Source of the DNA: Bacillota bacterium
Lineage (GTDB): Bacteria > Bacillota > UBA994
DNA: 64,000 bases
Direction of reading: 5' to 3'
Assembly: GCA_018333655.1 (NCBI GenBank)
Contig: JAGXTJ010000055.1
Coordinates: 103,659 to 167,658, forward strand
Position numbers and translations under genes: made by a program. Of the stretch, positions 46,940-57,113 are shown piece after piece (positions within the stretch are counted from its first letter, which is position 1; every line of letters starts with the position of its first letter). The notes under the pieces are model-generated. The model was not told where the DNA came from. It did not search any database and worked only from the letters and a program-made list of their open reading frames with translations.

Positions 46940-48460
46940 TCATGACTCCTCTCGCAGGCGCTTAGCTTGGCGGGGGTCAGCACTGCGGTAGGGCTTACGA
47001 AAGACAAAGTCAGAAAGACTGCTAAGGCGTAGCGGGGCCAGAGGGCGCAAGTAGGGTTCGCCCAAAATTTCTAGTGAGGCCATGTGGATAACCACCCCTA
47101 CCCATACGGCTGCAATGCCTATCCCCGAAAGGGCTCCCGCCGCCGCTAGCAAGGTGTAGCGCAAGAGCCTCGCTAGGCCAACGACACGGTAGTCGGGTGT
47201 CGCAAAAGAGCTAATGACGGAGACCGACACCACAATAACTAAGAGCGGGCTCACGAGTCGAGCGAGAATAACAGCTTGCCCCAACACAAAGCCCCCTACC
47301 ACACCGACAGTCTGACCAATCTTGGCCGGTATCCGCAAAGCGCCCTCTTGCAGGATATCGACTAGCACCAACATCAGCACAGTCTCAATGACAGGCGGGA
47401 AGGGAATGCCCGCCCTAGCGGAAGCCACGGCAAAAAGGAGATCGGTTGGCAGCACTTCGTAGTTAAAAGTGGTGATAGCCACATAGAAGGCGGGAAGAGT
47501 GGTAGATAAAAGAAAGGCCACCATGCGCAGCGCCCGCATTAGCGTGGTCACGAGGTGATGCTCATAGTAGTCTCCCGGGCTTTGGAAAAGGTCGCTAAAC
47601 CCCGTAGGCAGGATCATGGCCTCTGGTGAGCCATCGAGCAGGAGAGCGATACGACCCTCCAGGAGGTTGCCTGAAACGCGGTCGGGGCGCTCGGTGTGAA
47701 TGGCTTGCGGAAAGGGCGACCAAGGGCTTTTGCCAATGAGCGTATGCAAGTACTCTGTCTCTAGCAGGCTGCCGACATCTATGTCCTTGATTTTCTGGCG
47801 CAACTCGGCGACCGTCTCGCGCGTCGCTAGATCGGTAAGGTAGAACATCATCACTCGCCTAGGGTTCCTGCGGCCGAGGTCAAAAGTCTCAATACGCAGA
47901 GTGGGTGCTGGCACCTGTTGCCGAATTAAGGCGAGATTGGTCTCTAGAGACTCCACAAAAGCCACTTTTGGGCCAAACACCGTCGTCTCTATTTCGGGAG
48001 TGGAAGTAGTGCGGCCAATACTGGCGCGTGTGCCGACCACTAAGGCTACCTTAAGTCCTTCTGCAAGTAGTACCGTTTCGCCAAGCAGTATGCGCTCCAT
48101 GGCTACGCCTAGGTCAGACAAGTCGGCGACTGAAGCTGACGATAAGAGGTTGCGGACCGCGTCTACACTGGTGTTACGCGTGGCAATGTCTACTAAGGCC
48201 GCTATGCTGGAAAGCGGCATAATAATAGAGTTCGCGATGCTCTTTTCATCCGCCAAACTCCGCAGATAGAGGGCCGCAACTCTACTACCGTTAACTCCGA
48301 GACGAAACTCGCGCGCCGCGAAATCAGGGGCATGCCCTAGCTGCTCCTGTAGGTACAGTACGTCATGCTCATAACCTTGCAGGGGAATACGGCTTGTCTC
48401 TGACACTAGCTTGTCCCCACCGGTAAGCCAGGCCCTGATTTTGTCCCACCACTCTGCCAC
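46940..48460 (-). CDS. GerA/GerKA spore germination receptor subunit
   Basis: GPKVAFVESL..N.ALIR, SPFPQ..TERPD, LLEGR..LLDGSP, EGALRIP, PYLRPLAP; start inferred. Confidence 0.92.
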   Translation of the reverse strand: MAEWWDKIRAWLTGGDKLVSETSRIPLQGYEHDVLYLQEQLGHAPDFAAREFRLGVNGSRVAALYLRSLADEKSIANSIIMPLSSIAALVDIATRNTSVDAVRNLLSSASVADLSDLGVAMERILLGETVLLAEGLKVALVVGTRASIGRTTSTPEIETTVFGPKVAFVESLETNLALIRQQVPAPTLRIETFDLGRRNPRRVMMFYLTDLATRETVAELRQKIKDIDVGSLLETEYLHTLIGKSPWSPFPQAIHTERPDRVSGNLLEGRIALLLDGSPEAMILPTGFSDLFQSPGDYYEHHLVTTLMRALRMVAFLLSTTLPAFYVAITTFNYEVLPTDLLFAVASARAGIPFPPVIETVLMLVLVDILQEGALRIPAKIGQTVGVVGGFVLGQAVILARLVSPLLVIVVSVSVISSFATPDYRVVGLARLLRYTLLAAAGALSGIGIAAVWVGVVIHMASLEILGEPYLRPLAPLRLSSLSDFVFRKPYRSADPRQAKRLREES

Positions 48461-48521
48461 TTTAATCACCACCGCTTTTATTCTCTGCAATAAATACCAT
48501 TTAATGCAGAGAGCAGCGACA

Positions 48522-48548
48522 GCGACAAAGGGGAAGGTTCTTTTTGTT
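48522..48548 (-). repeat. Degenerate REP-like repeat copy
   Basis: GCGACAAAGGGGAAGGTTCTTTTTGTT, same GGG(A/G)nGGTTCTTTTTGT core as 33982-34011. Confidence 0.6.
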
Positions 48549-48577
48549 TCAAGGCGCAGCACTTTCAGCCCCGCGTA

Positions 48578-49129
48578 CTAGTGCTGCGGACTTATGCCTG
48601 TACGAGAAGCTCCCCCTCCTAGTAGGCTCTGCAAAATCACCCTGTAAGCAGGCGAATATGCCTGCCGATACTCTGCGCTGTGGCGTGCGGCCGGGTAGCC
48701 CTGCTCCCTATACCCCACAAGATATCGCCCGAGCTCTTGTTCGGTAAAGGAGAAAATCGCTTCGTGCGTCAGCGTTTTAAGTAACTCTAACTTCACCAAG
48801 AAATTGCTTGTGCTGCCCGTTCTCGCGGCGGCTGTAGCAACAAACATGTTATTTACTTCCTCGAGCGTGTAACAAGCGTTGTCAAGGGCGGCTAAGTATA
48901 GCCGCACATACCCATTGCCTATGTCTTCATATAGTTCAGCCCCTGCACCCTTCGCAATTGCGGCATATTCTTGGCACAAAAACTGCAACGAACTCTGCGG
49001 GTCTTTCACTAAGTGCCCGCTGCCAAATTCGTTTTGGTAAAGAAGTTTGACGGCGTCACAGGCCTGCATTAAAGGGTAGCGCGCAACATGCCAGCGCAGC
49101 ACGGACTCTAATGATCTATCTTCACTCAC
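48578..49129 (-). CDS. Conserved hypothetical protein
   Basis: Good SD and start; motif-like MQACDAVKLLYQNEFGSGHL and HSAEYRQAYSPAYRV. Confidence 0.7.
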   Translation of the reverse strand: MSEDRSLESVLRWHVARYPLMQACDAVKLLYQNEFGSGHLVKDPQSSLQFLCQEYAAIAKGAGAELYEDIGNGYVRLYLAALDNACYTLEEVNNMFVATAAARTGSTSNFLVKLELLKTLTHEAIFSFTEQELGRYLVGYREQGYPAARHSAEYRQAYSPAYRVILQSLLGGGASRTGISPQH

Positions 49130-49171
49130 GGTGCACCTCCCTGCAGAAGAGGTAGGCCTAGGTTCGTCTTC

Positions 49172-50557
49172 TTAGCTAGATCTACCCTTATCACTAAACA
49201 TGCGGCTATCGGCGACGGCGATGAGCGTTTCGATTGTCTCTCCATCGTCAGGAAAACTAGCTACACCGTAACTATAGGTGCAGGGGACCACGCTGCCCCC
49301 CTCTAAAAGGGGGTCGGTTAGCAAGGCGACAAGACTTTGCCTGAATTTTTCGCACAAGGCCTCCGCGGAAGCGTTGAAGAATATACCGATAAACTCATCA
49401 CCGCCCAATCTAGCCAAGACATCGCTCTTGCGAGTTTCGGCAAACAGGGCCGCGGCAATTTTTCTTAGCACTTGGTCACCCACTAAGTGTCCATAGGCGT
49501 CATTAACATACTTAAGCCTATCTACGTCGAAAAGCACGATATGAAAACTCTCTTTATACCTCCGCGCCCGCTCGAGCAGGGCCCCCGCTTGCCCATCAAA
49601 GTACCACCTATTATTGAGTCCGGTCAGCTGGTCGTGCCTAGCGAGGTAGGCTTTCTCTTGATAGAGAAAGTGGTTGGTGACCGCGATCTCTATATTGTCG
49701 CGAATAAAGATCATGGACTGTAAATCATCATCATCAAAAGCGGCCAATTCAACCGAGTCCACACTTACACAGCCGATAAGTTCTCCTTGAACATATATAG
49801 GCGCGATGACGGTAGAACAGATGCACCGCCCGCCTTTGTCTTCCGTGTTGACAAAGTAAAAGGTGTCAATCAGACGCAGATCAGGCACATTGACGACGCG
49901 GTCCATCTTGCCGCGTGTGGCGCGGTAAAGAAAAGACTCCTTAATCGGCACTTTAAAGGATCTCAAATCGTCCGCAAAGCCGGCCCCGGCTCCAAAAACA
50001 AAGTATTCGCCTTCCTTGAGCAGCACCGAGCCAATGGCAGCCCTCGGAATCGCCTGTAGCGCTTTAGTCAAAATAACCTGGCACAGCTTCTTAAAGTCTT
50101 CCACCTCGAGCACCGTCTGCGTAACCTCGAGCATCAGTTCGCGTAGCCGAGAGAAACGCCTCAGTTTTCGTTCGGTGGATTTTTTCGCTGTTACATCGAA
50201 CAAATGAATTAGTGCCAGGGTTATCCCCTCTGAAGATACACTCCTACACCGGCACTCTAACCACAACTCCTGTGTGCCGTCACGCCAAAGCCTGCCCTCG
50301 GCGAAAGACTCACCCTCCTCTAGCGCCCCCGACCAGAGAACATCAAGTGGCAGCTCCCGTAGAGCATCGTTTGCTTCTGCTGCATTTTCCGCGCAATCGG
50401 CTATGGTTTTGTCCATGCTTAGTAGCTGCCGGCACTTTTCATTCAGCGCGACAACTTTGCTGCCGTCAAAGAGCAAAGTGGCCACCGGCAGTAGCCCAAT
50501 AGCCCAGCAGAGATCACTCCTATTCACCGGAGCGGCAATACGAGGCGACTGCAACAC
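49172..50557 (-). CDS. Sensor diguanylate cyclase (PAS-like + GAF + GGDEF)
   Basis: HDQLTGL.NR, DVDRLKYVNDAYGHLVGD, ARLGGDEF; upstream GAF-like region; start approximate. Confidence 0.9.
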   Translation of the reverse strand: MLQSPRIAAPVNRSDLCWAIGLLPVATLLFDGSKVVALNEKCRQLLSMDKTIADCAENAAEANDALRELPLDVLWSGALEEGESFAEGRLWRDGTQELWLECRCRSVSSEGITLALIHLFDVTAKKSTERKLRRFSRLRELMLEVTQTVLEVEDFKKLCQVILTKALQAIPRAAIGSVLLKEGEYFVFGAGAGFADDLRSFKVPIKESFLYRATRGKMDRVVNVPDLRLIDTFYFVNTEDKGGRCICSTVIAPIYVQGELIGCVSVDSVELAAFDDDDLQSMIFIRDNIEIAVTNHFLYQEKAYLARHDQLTGLNNRWYFDGQAGALLERARRYKESFHIVLFDVDRLKYVNDAYGHLVGDQVLRKIAAALFAETRKSDVLARLGGDEFIGIFFNASAEALCEKFRQSLVALLTDPLLEGGSVVPCTYSYGVASFPDDGETIETLIAVADSRMFSDKGRSS

Positions 50558-50716
50558 AATACCCCCCGCCCTAGGTCCTCTTCCTAGTGTCCAAGCCCTG
50601 TGTCCTAGCACTCATTACCTATGCTCATACTAACATATTTTATGCTTTTTTCACATGAGGGAGCCTACTTACGCCTCTTCTACTTGCAGGACCTACTCCC
50701 AGGCCAACGGCGTGAC

Positions 50717-51109
50717 TTACTCGCCAAAACCTTGCTGGCAGCGCTTGGCGATAGGAACATCGGCCGGAAGCAGGCTGTACGTAAGCAGCTCGCTCGGCCT
50801 TACCCATCTATAGGCGTCGTGCACAGACATAGTGAGATGGCCGGCTATAATCTCGCACCTATAGGCCAGTAGGCGAATAGCGCCACCAGCGGTCAGGTAA
50901 ACACTTTCGGCTACAAAAGACTTAATGCCAACACGAACGCCACATTCTTCCATCATTTCTCTCACCAAACACTCTTCGGGCGTCTCACGGGCCTCCACTT
51001 TTCCACCGGGGAATTCCCAGCTACCGGCATGCTTTTCACTAGGGGCGCGGCGCGCCAGCAGCACCTCTCCCGCCTCATTCAACACAATCGCCGCCGTAAC
51101 ATCCTGCAT
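50717..51109 (-). CDS. NUDIX hydrolase (MutT/NudG-like)
   Basis: WEFPGGKVEARETPEECLVREMMEECG Nudix box; LLPADVP. Confidence 0.9.
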   Translation of the reverse strand: MQDVTAAIVLNEAGEVLLARRAPSEKHAGSWEFPGGKVEARETPEECLVREMMEECGVRVGIKSFVAESVYLTAGGAIRLLAYRCEIIAGHLTMSVHDAYRWVRPSELLTYSLLPADVPIAKRCQQGFGE

Positions 51110-51176
51110 TTTCACACCTTCTTTTTTCTTAAGGTACTGCCGCTACCGAGGCTATTTCAAGGCCGGCGCGCCAGTA

Positions 51177-51205
51177 TTGACAAGAGACGGTACATCACCT
51201 AAACT
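51177..51205 (+). promoter_or_regulatory. SigA-type promoter for trxA
   Basis: TTGACA-17 nt-TAAACT. Confidence 0.65.
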
Positions 51206-51249
51206 AGTTAGTAGCATACCCTAGGGGGTATCTGAAGGAGGAGTTTTCC

Positions 51250-51570
51250 ATGTTGCATGTAACTGACAAAAATTTTACCGAAGAAGTACTCGCCGCTCAA
51301 GGCGTGACTGTGGTGGATTTTTGGGCGCCATGGTGCATGCCCTGTCGCATGCTCGGCCCCATCATTGATCGTCTGGCCGAGTCCTATACCGGCAAAGCCA
51401 AAGTAACAAAAGTCAATGTCGATGAGAACCAAGTCACTGCGGGCAAGTACAATATTATGGCCATTCCGACCGTGCTAATTTTCAAAAATGGCCAAGAAAT
51501 GCACCGTATCCCTGGTGTCATGCCAGAAGCCGCACTGAAACAATTGCTTGATAAGACACTCTCCAGTTAA
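51250..51570 (+). CDS. trxA: Thioredoxin
   Basis: VDFWAPWCMPC, KVNVDEN, IPT; strong SD. Confidence 0.95.
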   Translation: MLHVTDKNFTEEVLAAQGVTVVDFWAPWCMPCRMLGPIIDRLAESYTGKAKVTKVNVDENQVTAGKYNIMAIPTVLIFKNGQEMHRIPGVMPEAALKQLLDKTLSS

Positions 51571-51621
51571 GACCCATTGTCTAGCACTGTGTCATAGTAA
51601 CCTGCGAACCAGCCCTCTGTC

Positions 51622-52872
51622 CTAGACGGTACCCTGTTTAGCTTTATCAGGCTGTGACACGAAGAACATGAGCCCTGCGGAAACAAAGCAGAGCAGCCCG
51701 AGAAAGACGAAAGCAGCTGCGTAATTATTATTTGTCGTTTGCAAAATAAGCCCAGTTGCTACGGGACCTAGCAGGCCAGAAACAAAGCCGAAAGACGTAA
51801 AAACTAAGCCAAAGATGACGCCGAAGTGCTTGAGGCCGAAACATTCGGCGATAAGCGGCGCAGAACAGGCAAACAGTGTGCCGTAGCCAAAGCCAATGGC
51901 TGCGGCGAGAAACAATATCAGGCTTAGAGAACTAACGGAGGCTAGCATCAAGTAGGCCACACCAGCTAGCACAAAACTAAGCGCTAAAGTTAACTTCCGC
52001 CCCAAAACATCAGAGAGTGCCCCCGAAACTAAGCGACTCAGTCCATTCGTTAGATTGAAGGCGGCCAAAATACTAGACGCACCCGCGAGGCCAAGCCCGA
52101 GGTAGAGTCCATAGCGCACCGATTGCGTGACCATGGTAATGCCAGCGGCACCCATAAACGACCACACCAGCCATAGTAGCCAAAAATCCTTCGTGCGTAC
52201 GGCTTGCGCCGGGGTCAAAGTTAGGTTAATGGCCTCGGCTTGGCTCGCTGCTGCACTAGACGGGCTACGGCCCTCGCTCGATGCGGGCTCCGAAATAAGC
52301 TGCGCGGCCAGTAGACCGATGACCAAGGTGAAGGCGCTAATAGCAAGACCAAGAGTAGCGTGCCCATAAGTATCGAGCCACAGACGATATAGAGGCACTA
52401 GTAGGGCCGAAGATATGCCAAAGGTCAGATTGACGATGCCTGAGACCGTTCCTTTAATATGAGGATAACACCGCTGCACAATGCCGATACCCGGAGAGTA
52501 GATGAAGCAGGTTGCCGTCCCGATAAGAAACGCCCAGCCGTAAATCATCCAGACATTTGTAACCACCGCCGTCATGGCTGCAGCCAACGCGGCGAGCACT
52601 GTACCGAGCATAATCAAGGACTTAGCGCCTAGCCTGTTCGTCCACTTACCGACGACAAACATGAAAATGCCAAGTGCGGCTAAGAGAAAGAACATCACAT
52701 AACTCAGAGCACCTGCACTTACCCCTAGGCTACTACCCCACACGGTGGACATCAGCCCTGGCAGCCCGAACACCAGTGACCCTGGGAAAAAGATGGCCGC
52801 TGCCGCCCCTACTACCACCCACATCTTGCCTTGCCCTGCCAATTTCTGCGTTGCCTGCGTTGTTTTAGTCAA
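51622..52872 (-). CDS. MFS transporter, OFA (oxalate/formate antiporter)-like
   Basis: About 12 TM; FWLLW, NGLSRLVSGALSDVLGR, FGLKHFG..FG. Confidence 0.8.
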   Translation of the reverse strand: MTKTTQATQKLAGQGKMWVVVGAAAAIFFPGSLVFGLPGLMSTVWGSSLGVSAGALSYVMFFLLAALGIFMFVVGKWTNRLGAKSLIMLGTVLAALAAAMTAVVTNVWMIYGWAFLIGTATCFIYSPGIGIVQRCYPHIKGTVSGIVNLTFGISSALLVPLYRLWLDTYGHATLGLAISAFTLVIGLLAAQLISEPASSEGRSPSSAAASQAEAINLTLTPAQAVRTKDFWLLWLVWSFMGAAGITMVTQSVRYGLYLGLGLAGASSILAAFNLTNGLSRLVSGALSDVLGRKLTLALSFVLAGVAYLMLASVSSLSLILFLAAAIGFGYGTLFACSAPLIAECFGLKHFGVIFGLVFTSFGFVSGLLGPVATGLILQTTNNNYAAAFVFLGLLCFVSAGLMFFVSQPDKAKQGTV

Positions 52873-52970
52873 GTAACATCCCCCTTAATCTTCTCCCTCC
52901 TCACTTCGCCACCGAGGAGCGATAACCTCTTTGCACAGGTATGTCCAAAAAAGCAATAAAGGAGGCTGCT

Positions 52971-54425
52971 ATGCGTACATTCAATATCAAAACAAAGCGC
53001 ACGTTTTCTGCTCTTCGCCAGTATGGGTGGTTATTCACGCTGACCGTGGCTTTTGGCGGCCTATGGTACCCCCGACTTGGCCTCTTGGTTTTCGGTGTAA
53101 TATTTTCGTTAGCGGTTATGTCGCTGTTTAAGGGCCGCTACTGGTGCGGCAACTACTGTGCCCACGGCAGTCTTTTTGACCATATTTTGCTGCCACTCAG
53201 TCGAAATCGTAAGATACCTAATGCGCTTAAATCAGTGTACGTACAAGCGGCCGTCATGACTTGGTTTATGTACAACCTAGGCTCGCGTTTTGTGCGCGTG
53301 GCCGGTCTCTGGGGCGAGCTACACTTTTGGGATCGCCTAGGGTTTGTTTTTGTCATGAGCTACCTCATGGTGACCATTGTGGGCGGCACGCTGGGCCTTT
53401 TATTTGCGCCACGCAGTTGGTGTCAGTTCTGCCCCATGGGCACCATGCAAGTGCTCATGTACAAACTTGGCAAGATTTTGGGCTGGACTAAGAGGAACGA
53501 CCGCAAAATTACGCTCGAAGCCGCGGTCAAGTGCCACAAGTGCGCTAAGTGTGGACGCGTCTGCCCCATGCAGCTCATGCCGCACACAGCCTTTTCGGCA
53601 GAGGGACAGTTTAACGACGAAAACTGCATCCGCTGCCTGACATGTGTAGAGAACTGCCCTGCGAAAGCGCTCACGCTCTCTACGACAGATGAAGCACGCC
53701 TTGTGGTGGGACAGAGCAACACTACGGGCTACAAAGGACGTCTGAAAATCACGGCGACGATTACACGCATCGAACAATTGTCTAAGGATGTGCGCGAGTT
53801 TACCTTCTCTTTCGTAGAGCCGCCCACTGTCGCCTACCTGCCTGGCCAGTACTTCGTAGTCAAAGTAGAGGATAGGCCTGAGGTCTATCGCGCCTACTCT
53901 GCCGCCAGCGGAGAAAACAACCAGAGTGTGCGCCTCAGCATTAAGTACATGCCTGGCGGGTACGGCACGAGCAAAATATTTGACGAATTTAAGGTGGGTC
54001 AATCGCACCAACTCGAGGGTCCTATGGGGAATGCGTTACTCGTTGACCTTACGGCGAAGAAATTCCTCTTAGTGGCCGGCGGTATCGGCATTACACCCTT
54101 CATCCCCATAGTCGATCAACTCTTGGCAGCAAACAAGCAGGTCACACTTATTTACGGCGTGAACACCCCTGACGAGTTCATCTACGATGAGATTCTAGCC
54201 AGCGCGGCACAGAAATCGGGCAACTTGCGCTACCTGAAGGTTGTGGCTTCTCCTACTCCCAATTACACCGAACGCAAAGGTCTAGTCACCGATCTACTGG
54301 CCGAGCTAGACTTAACTGATCACAGGATCTACATGTGCGGCTCAAAAGGCATGGTCACAGCGACTACGAAAGCTCTTATGACTCGCGGCATAAAGGAAGA
54401 GCACATTTCCGCGGAAAGCGCCTAA
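52971..54425 (+). CDS. Membrane NapH/YccM-like 4Fe-4S protein fused to FNR-type FAD/NAD(P)-binding domain
   Basis: TM region with GRYWCGNYC and RSWCQFCPMG; two CxxCxxCxxxCP; C-term PGQY, RAYS, GPMG, AGGIGITP, YMCG; ATG 52971 after GGAGG. Confidence 0.85.
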   Translation: MRTFNIKTKRTFSALRQYGWLFTLTVAFGGLWYPRLGLLVFGVIFSLAVMSLFKGRYWCGNYCAHGSLFDHILLPLSRNRKIPNALKSVYVQAAVMTWFMYNLGSRFVRVAGLWGELHFWDRLGFVFVMSYLMVTIVGGTLGLLFAPRSWCQFCPMGTMQVLMYKLGKILGWTKRNDRKITLEAAVKCHKCAKCGRVCPMQLMPHTAFSAEGQFNDENCIRCLTCVENCPAKALTLSTTDEARLVVGQSNTTGYKGRLKITATITRIEQLSKDVREFTFSFVEPPTVAYLPGQYFVVKVEDRPEVYRAYSAASGENNQSVRLSIKYMPGGYGTSKIFDEFKVGQSHQLEGPMGNALLVDLTAKKFLLVAGGIGITPFIPIVDQLLAANKQVTLIYGVNTPDEFIYDEILASAAQKSGNLRYLKVVASPTPNYTERKGLVTDLLAELDLTDHRIYMCGSKGMVTATTKALMTRGIKEEHISAESA

Positions 54426-54447
54426 TACTTTGACCGACAAAACCACC

Positions 54448-54478
54448 AAATCCCCCTGGCCTTTAGCCAGGGGGATTT
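54448..54478. terminator. Bidirectional terminator between convergent genes
   Basis: AAATCCCCCTGGC-CTTTA-GCCAGGGGGATTT, 13-bp perfect stem. Confidence 0.85.
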
Positions 54479-54487
54479 ATCATAAAC

Positions 54488-55759
54488 TTAGCCCAGCCCG
54501 GCAATCGGTCGCCCATCCCTACGGGAAAAAGGCAGCCCTAGCAAGTTGGCCATGGTGGGTGCGATATCCACCATCTCTAAAGCGCCTAAATCGCCACGCC
54601 TTAACACGCCATTGCCCGCAGCTATAAAGAGACAAGTATAGTCCGGTTTGTGTGGCGAGTACCCATGGGTGGCATACTGCTTGCCGGGCGCAGTAATGTA
54701 GTGCACAGTTGGTTCGGCGATGGCTTCGTCGAAGTAGTAACCTTGGCGCGCTTCTATCACTGCCGCAATACCATGTGCCCCACACAGGTCGGGAAAAGCT
54801 GCCGGACCGTGCACTGCCTCTATACCATACTTGTCTTCGCCCGCAGCTTCTAAGAGTATCGCCATAGCTTTTTCATGCGCTGCCAAGTCACCCTCACGCA
54901 CATAGAGGTAGGCACTGCCACCCGAACATTGCACATAGGCGCGCCATTCGCTCTTCCCGCCATCAAGATTAATTAGGCCCTGCTCACGCAGCAAATTGTT
55001 GGGTCGCACTCGGTAGTCGACATTTAGTTGGCCGTGGTCGCCAATGACCAAGAAAGCGGTCTCCGCAAAAGTACCGGCCGCCTTTGTCGCCCCGATAATG
55101 GCGGCCAAGCGGCTATCCATGCGCTCTAAGGCCTGCCTGGCTTCAAGGCTGTCTGTTCCGAAGTAGTGCTTTTTGTCGTCAAGATCGATTAAGTGTATGA
55201 GCATCAGGTCCGGCCGCTTAGTCCTTAGGGTATGCACAGCGCTTGCGGTGACAAAGTTGTCGAGCGCAGGCTGACTTGCCCCCGAGCGCAAACGTCCAAA
55301 ACGTAGCTCTAGCTCAAGGCAAAACAAGGGGCTCCCATGGCGCATTACTTTGAGCGCTTGGTTTTCTCCTGGTAGTGCCGCAATTTCTGGCAAATTGTAA
55401 TTGATGTTAGCACCGCCCGTGACCGGCCACAGTAGCGCTGCAGTACGTAAGCCATGCACAGAGGCTACCTCGTAGATGGTCTGTGCCCTTATAACGCGGC
55501 TATACCAATACCAGGCCTTTTCTTTCTCTGGCACTAAAGGCTGCAGGGGATTGTTGTGCAAAATACCGTGTGTCGCGGGGTGCACCCCTGTGACCATGGT
55601 CGTGTGTACCGCATAAGTAAGCGTAGGAAAGACACTGCGCAGCTCTCGGCTAAAAGCACCTTGTTCCAGCAGGGCACGAAAAGTGGGGAGGCTATTCACT
55701 TGCTCCCAGTTGTCGACTGACAGAGCATCTACAGATATGACGACTAAGCGTTTAGACAT
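54488..55759 (-). CDS. Alkaline phosphatase superfamily nucleotide pyrophosphatase/phosphodiesterase
   Basis: VISVDAL, PTLTYAVHTTMVTG..P..HGI..N, GDHG, ATHGY, DIAPT. Confidence 0.9.
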   Translation of the reverse strand: MSKRLVVISVDALSVDNWEQVNSLPTFRALLEQGAFSRELRSVFPTLTYAVHTTMVTGVHPATHGILHNNPLQPLVPEKEKAWYWYSRVIRAQTIYEVASVHGLRTAALLWPVTGGANINYNLPEIAALPGENQALKVMRHGSPLFCLELELRFGRLRSGASQPALDNFVTASAVHTLRTKRPDLMLIHLIDLDDKKHYFGTDSLEARQALERMDSRLAAIIGATKAAGTFAETAFLVIGDHGQLNVDYRVRPNNLLREQGLINLDGGKSEWRAYVQCSGGSAYLYVREGDLAAHEKAMAILLEAAGEDKYGIEAVHGPAAFPDLCGAHGIAAVIEARQGYYFDEAIAEPTVHYITAPGKQYATHGYSPHKPDYTCLFIAAGNGVLRRGDLGALEMVDIAPTMANLLGLPFSRRDGRPIAGLG

Positions 55760-55769
55760 ATGCCCTCCT

Positions 55770-57038
55770 CTACATAGCTACTTTTACGGCAGCTGTACCT
55801 CTCTCCGACCACCAGAAAAGGATGGCCCCCACAGTAAACTGAAACATGACGCTCAGCACCCCAAAGCGTGGGTTGCCCGTAGCCTGAGTAAGCATGGCGA
55901 ACATCGCGGGACCAAGAATTGCGGAGAATCGAGCGAAAATATCGTACATACCAAAAAACTCATTAGAGCGATTCTTAGGGATCATTTTGCCAAAATGCGA
56001 GCGAGAGATGGCCTGGATGCCTCCCTGTGCGGTGGCCACGAGCAGGGCGATGCCCCAAAAATCCGCCGCTGTCGTCATGCGAAAACCGAGGATGCTGATG
56101 ACCATGTAGATGCCGATACCTGCTAAAATCATAGTCGCACTGCCGAGTTTTTCGGCTAGACGCCCAAAGATAATAGCGCAGGGAAAGGCTACTATTTGAA
56201 TGACTACTAACGCAGCTAGCATGGTCTCCGTGCCGATGCCCACGCTCGCGCCGTAAATAGTGGCCATGCGGATAATCGTACCGACGCCGTCAATATAGAA
56301 GAAGTACGCCGCAAGGAACAAGAACACCCGCCGATGCTCCTTGGCGTTACTTAGGGTGGCCTTTATACGGCGAAAGCTGGCAGCGATGGGGTCAGCCACT
56401 GGTTCAAGAAAATGCACTTGCTTGACGTTGCGTAAGAGTGGCAGAGAAAACACTGCCCACCAGAGAGCCGTAATTATAAAAGAAATCTGGGTAGCTAAGA
56501 GGCGTGGCACACCTATGCGCTCGCCAAACATAATCAAGGCAATAGAGCCAACAAAGGGAATCGTGCTGCCCCCAATGTAACCTAGGGCAAAACCGTAGCT
56601 CGAGACCTTATCCATACGCTCAGAAGTAGTGACATCCACGAGAGACGCATCATAGAAGATGGAAGCACCGGCGAACCCAATGGCAGTGACAATCGAAATG
56701 CCTAAAACAATTTGCCACTGCGTGGACAAAGCGAGAGCAGCAGTCGAGAGCACCCCAATGGCCAAGAATACTTTGAAAAGACGCATCTTCATGCCCTTGT
56801 AGTCCCCGAGAGCCCCGAGTAAAGGCGCCATCATTGCAATAATCAGAGAGGCGGCTGCGGTAGCATATCCCCAGTAGACACTTGACGTAGTAGAAGAAAT
56901 CCCAGCGGCGCCAGTCAGCGAAGTAAAAAACAGCGGCAAAATCGCGGCCGTCACCACCGCTGAGTATACGGAATTGGCCCAGTCATACATCATCCAACTG
57001 CGTTCTTCGAGCGAGAAACCCTTGAGCAAAACTCGCAC
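55770..57038 (-). CDS. MFS transporter, UMF1/YxiO (Atg22-like) family
   Basis: WMMYDWANS, VSSYGFALGYIGG, FFYIDGV, GGIQAISRS, EFFG.Y. Confidence 0.88.
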   Translation of the reverse strand: MRVLLKGFSLEERSWMMYDWANSVYSAVVTAAILPLFFTSLTGAAGISSTTSSVYWGYATAAASLIIAMMAPLLGALGDYKGMKMRLFKVFLAIGVLSTAALALSTQWQIVLGISIVTAIGFAGASIFYDASLVDVTTSERMDKVSSYGFALGYIGGSTIPFVGSIALIMFGERIGVPRLLATQISFIITALWWAVFSLPLLRNVKQVHFLEPVADPIAASFRRIKATLSNAKEHRRVFLFLAAYFFYIDGVGTIIRMATIYGASVGIGTETMLAALVVIQIVAFPCAIIFGRLAEKLGSATMILAGIGIYMVISILGFRMTTAADFWGIALLVATAQGGIQAISRSHFGKMIPKNRSNEFFGMYDIFARFSAILGPAMFAMLTQATGNPRFGVLSVMFQFTVGAILFWWSERGTAAVKVAM

Positions 57039-57113
57039 CCTCTTTCGCGTTCAGCTTAACTACAGCTTACACGATAAGCGATAACACAGTAGTTTGACAA
57101 GTGTTAATTGGAC

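Noticed and set aside
51250..51570. WCMPC instead of WCGPC in thioredoxin
   Set aside because: A single-residue variant of the CxxC motif; not enough to infer a new function.
51606..51621. GAACCAGCCCTCTGTC as another REP-like copy
   Set aside because: Core is diverged and no clear enclosing stem is present.
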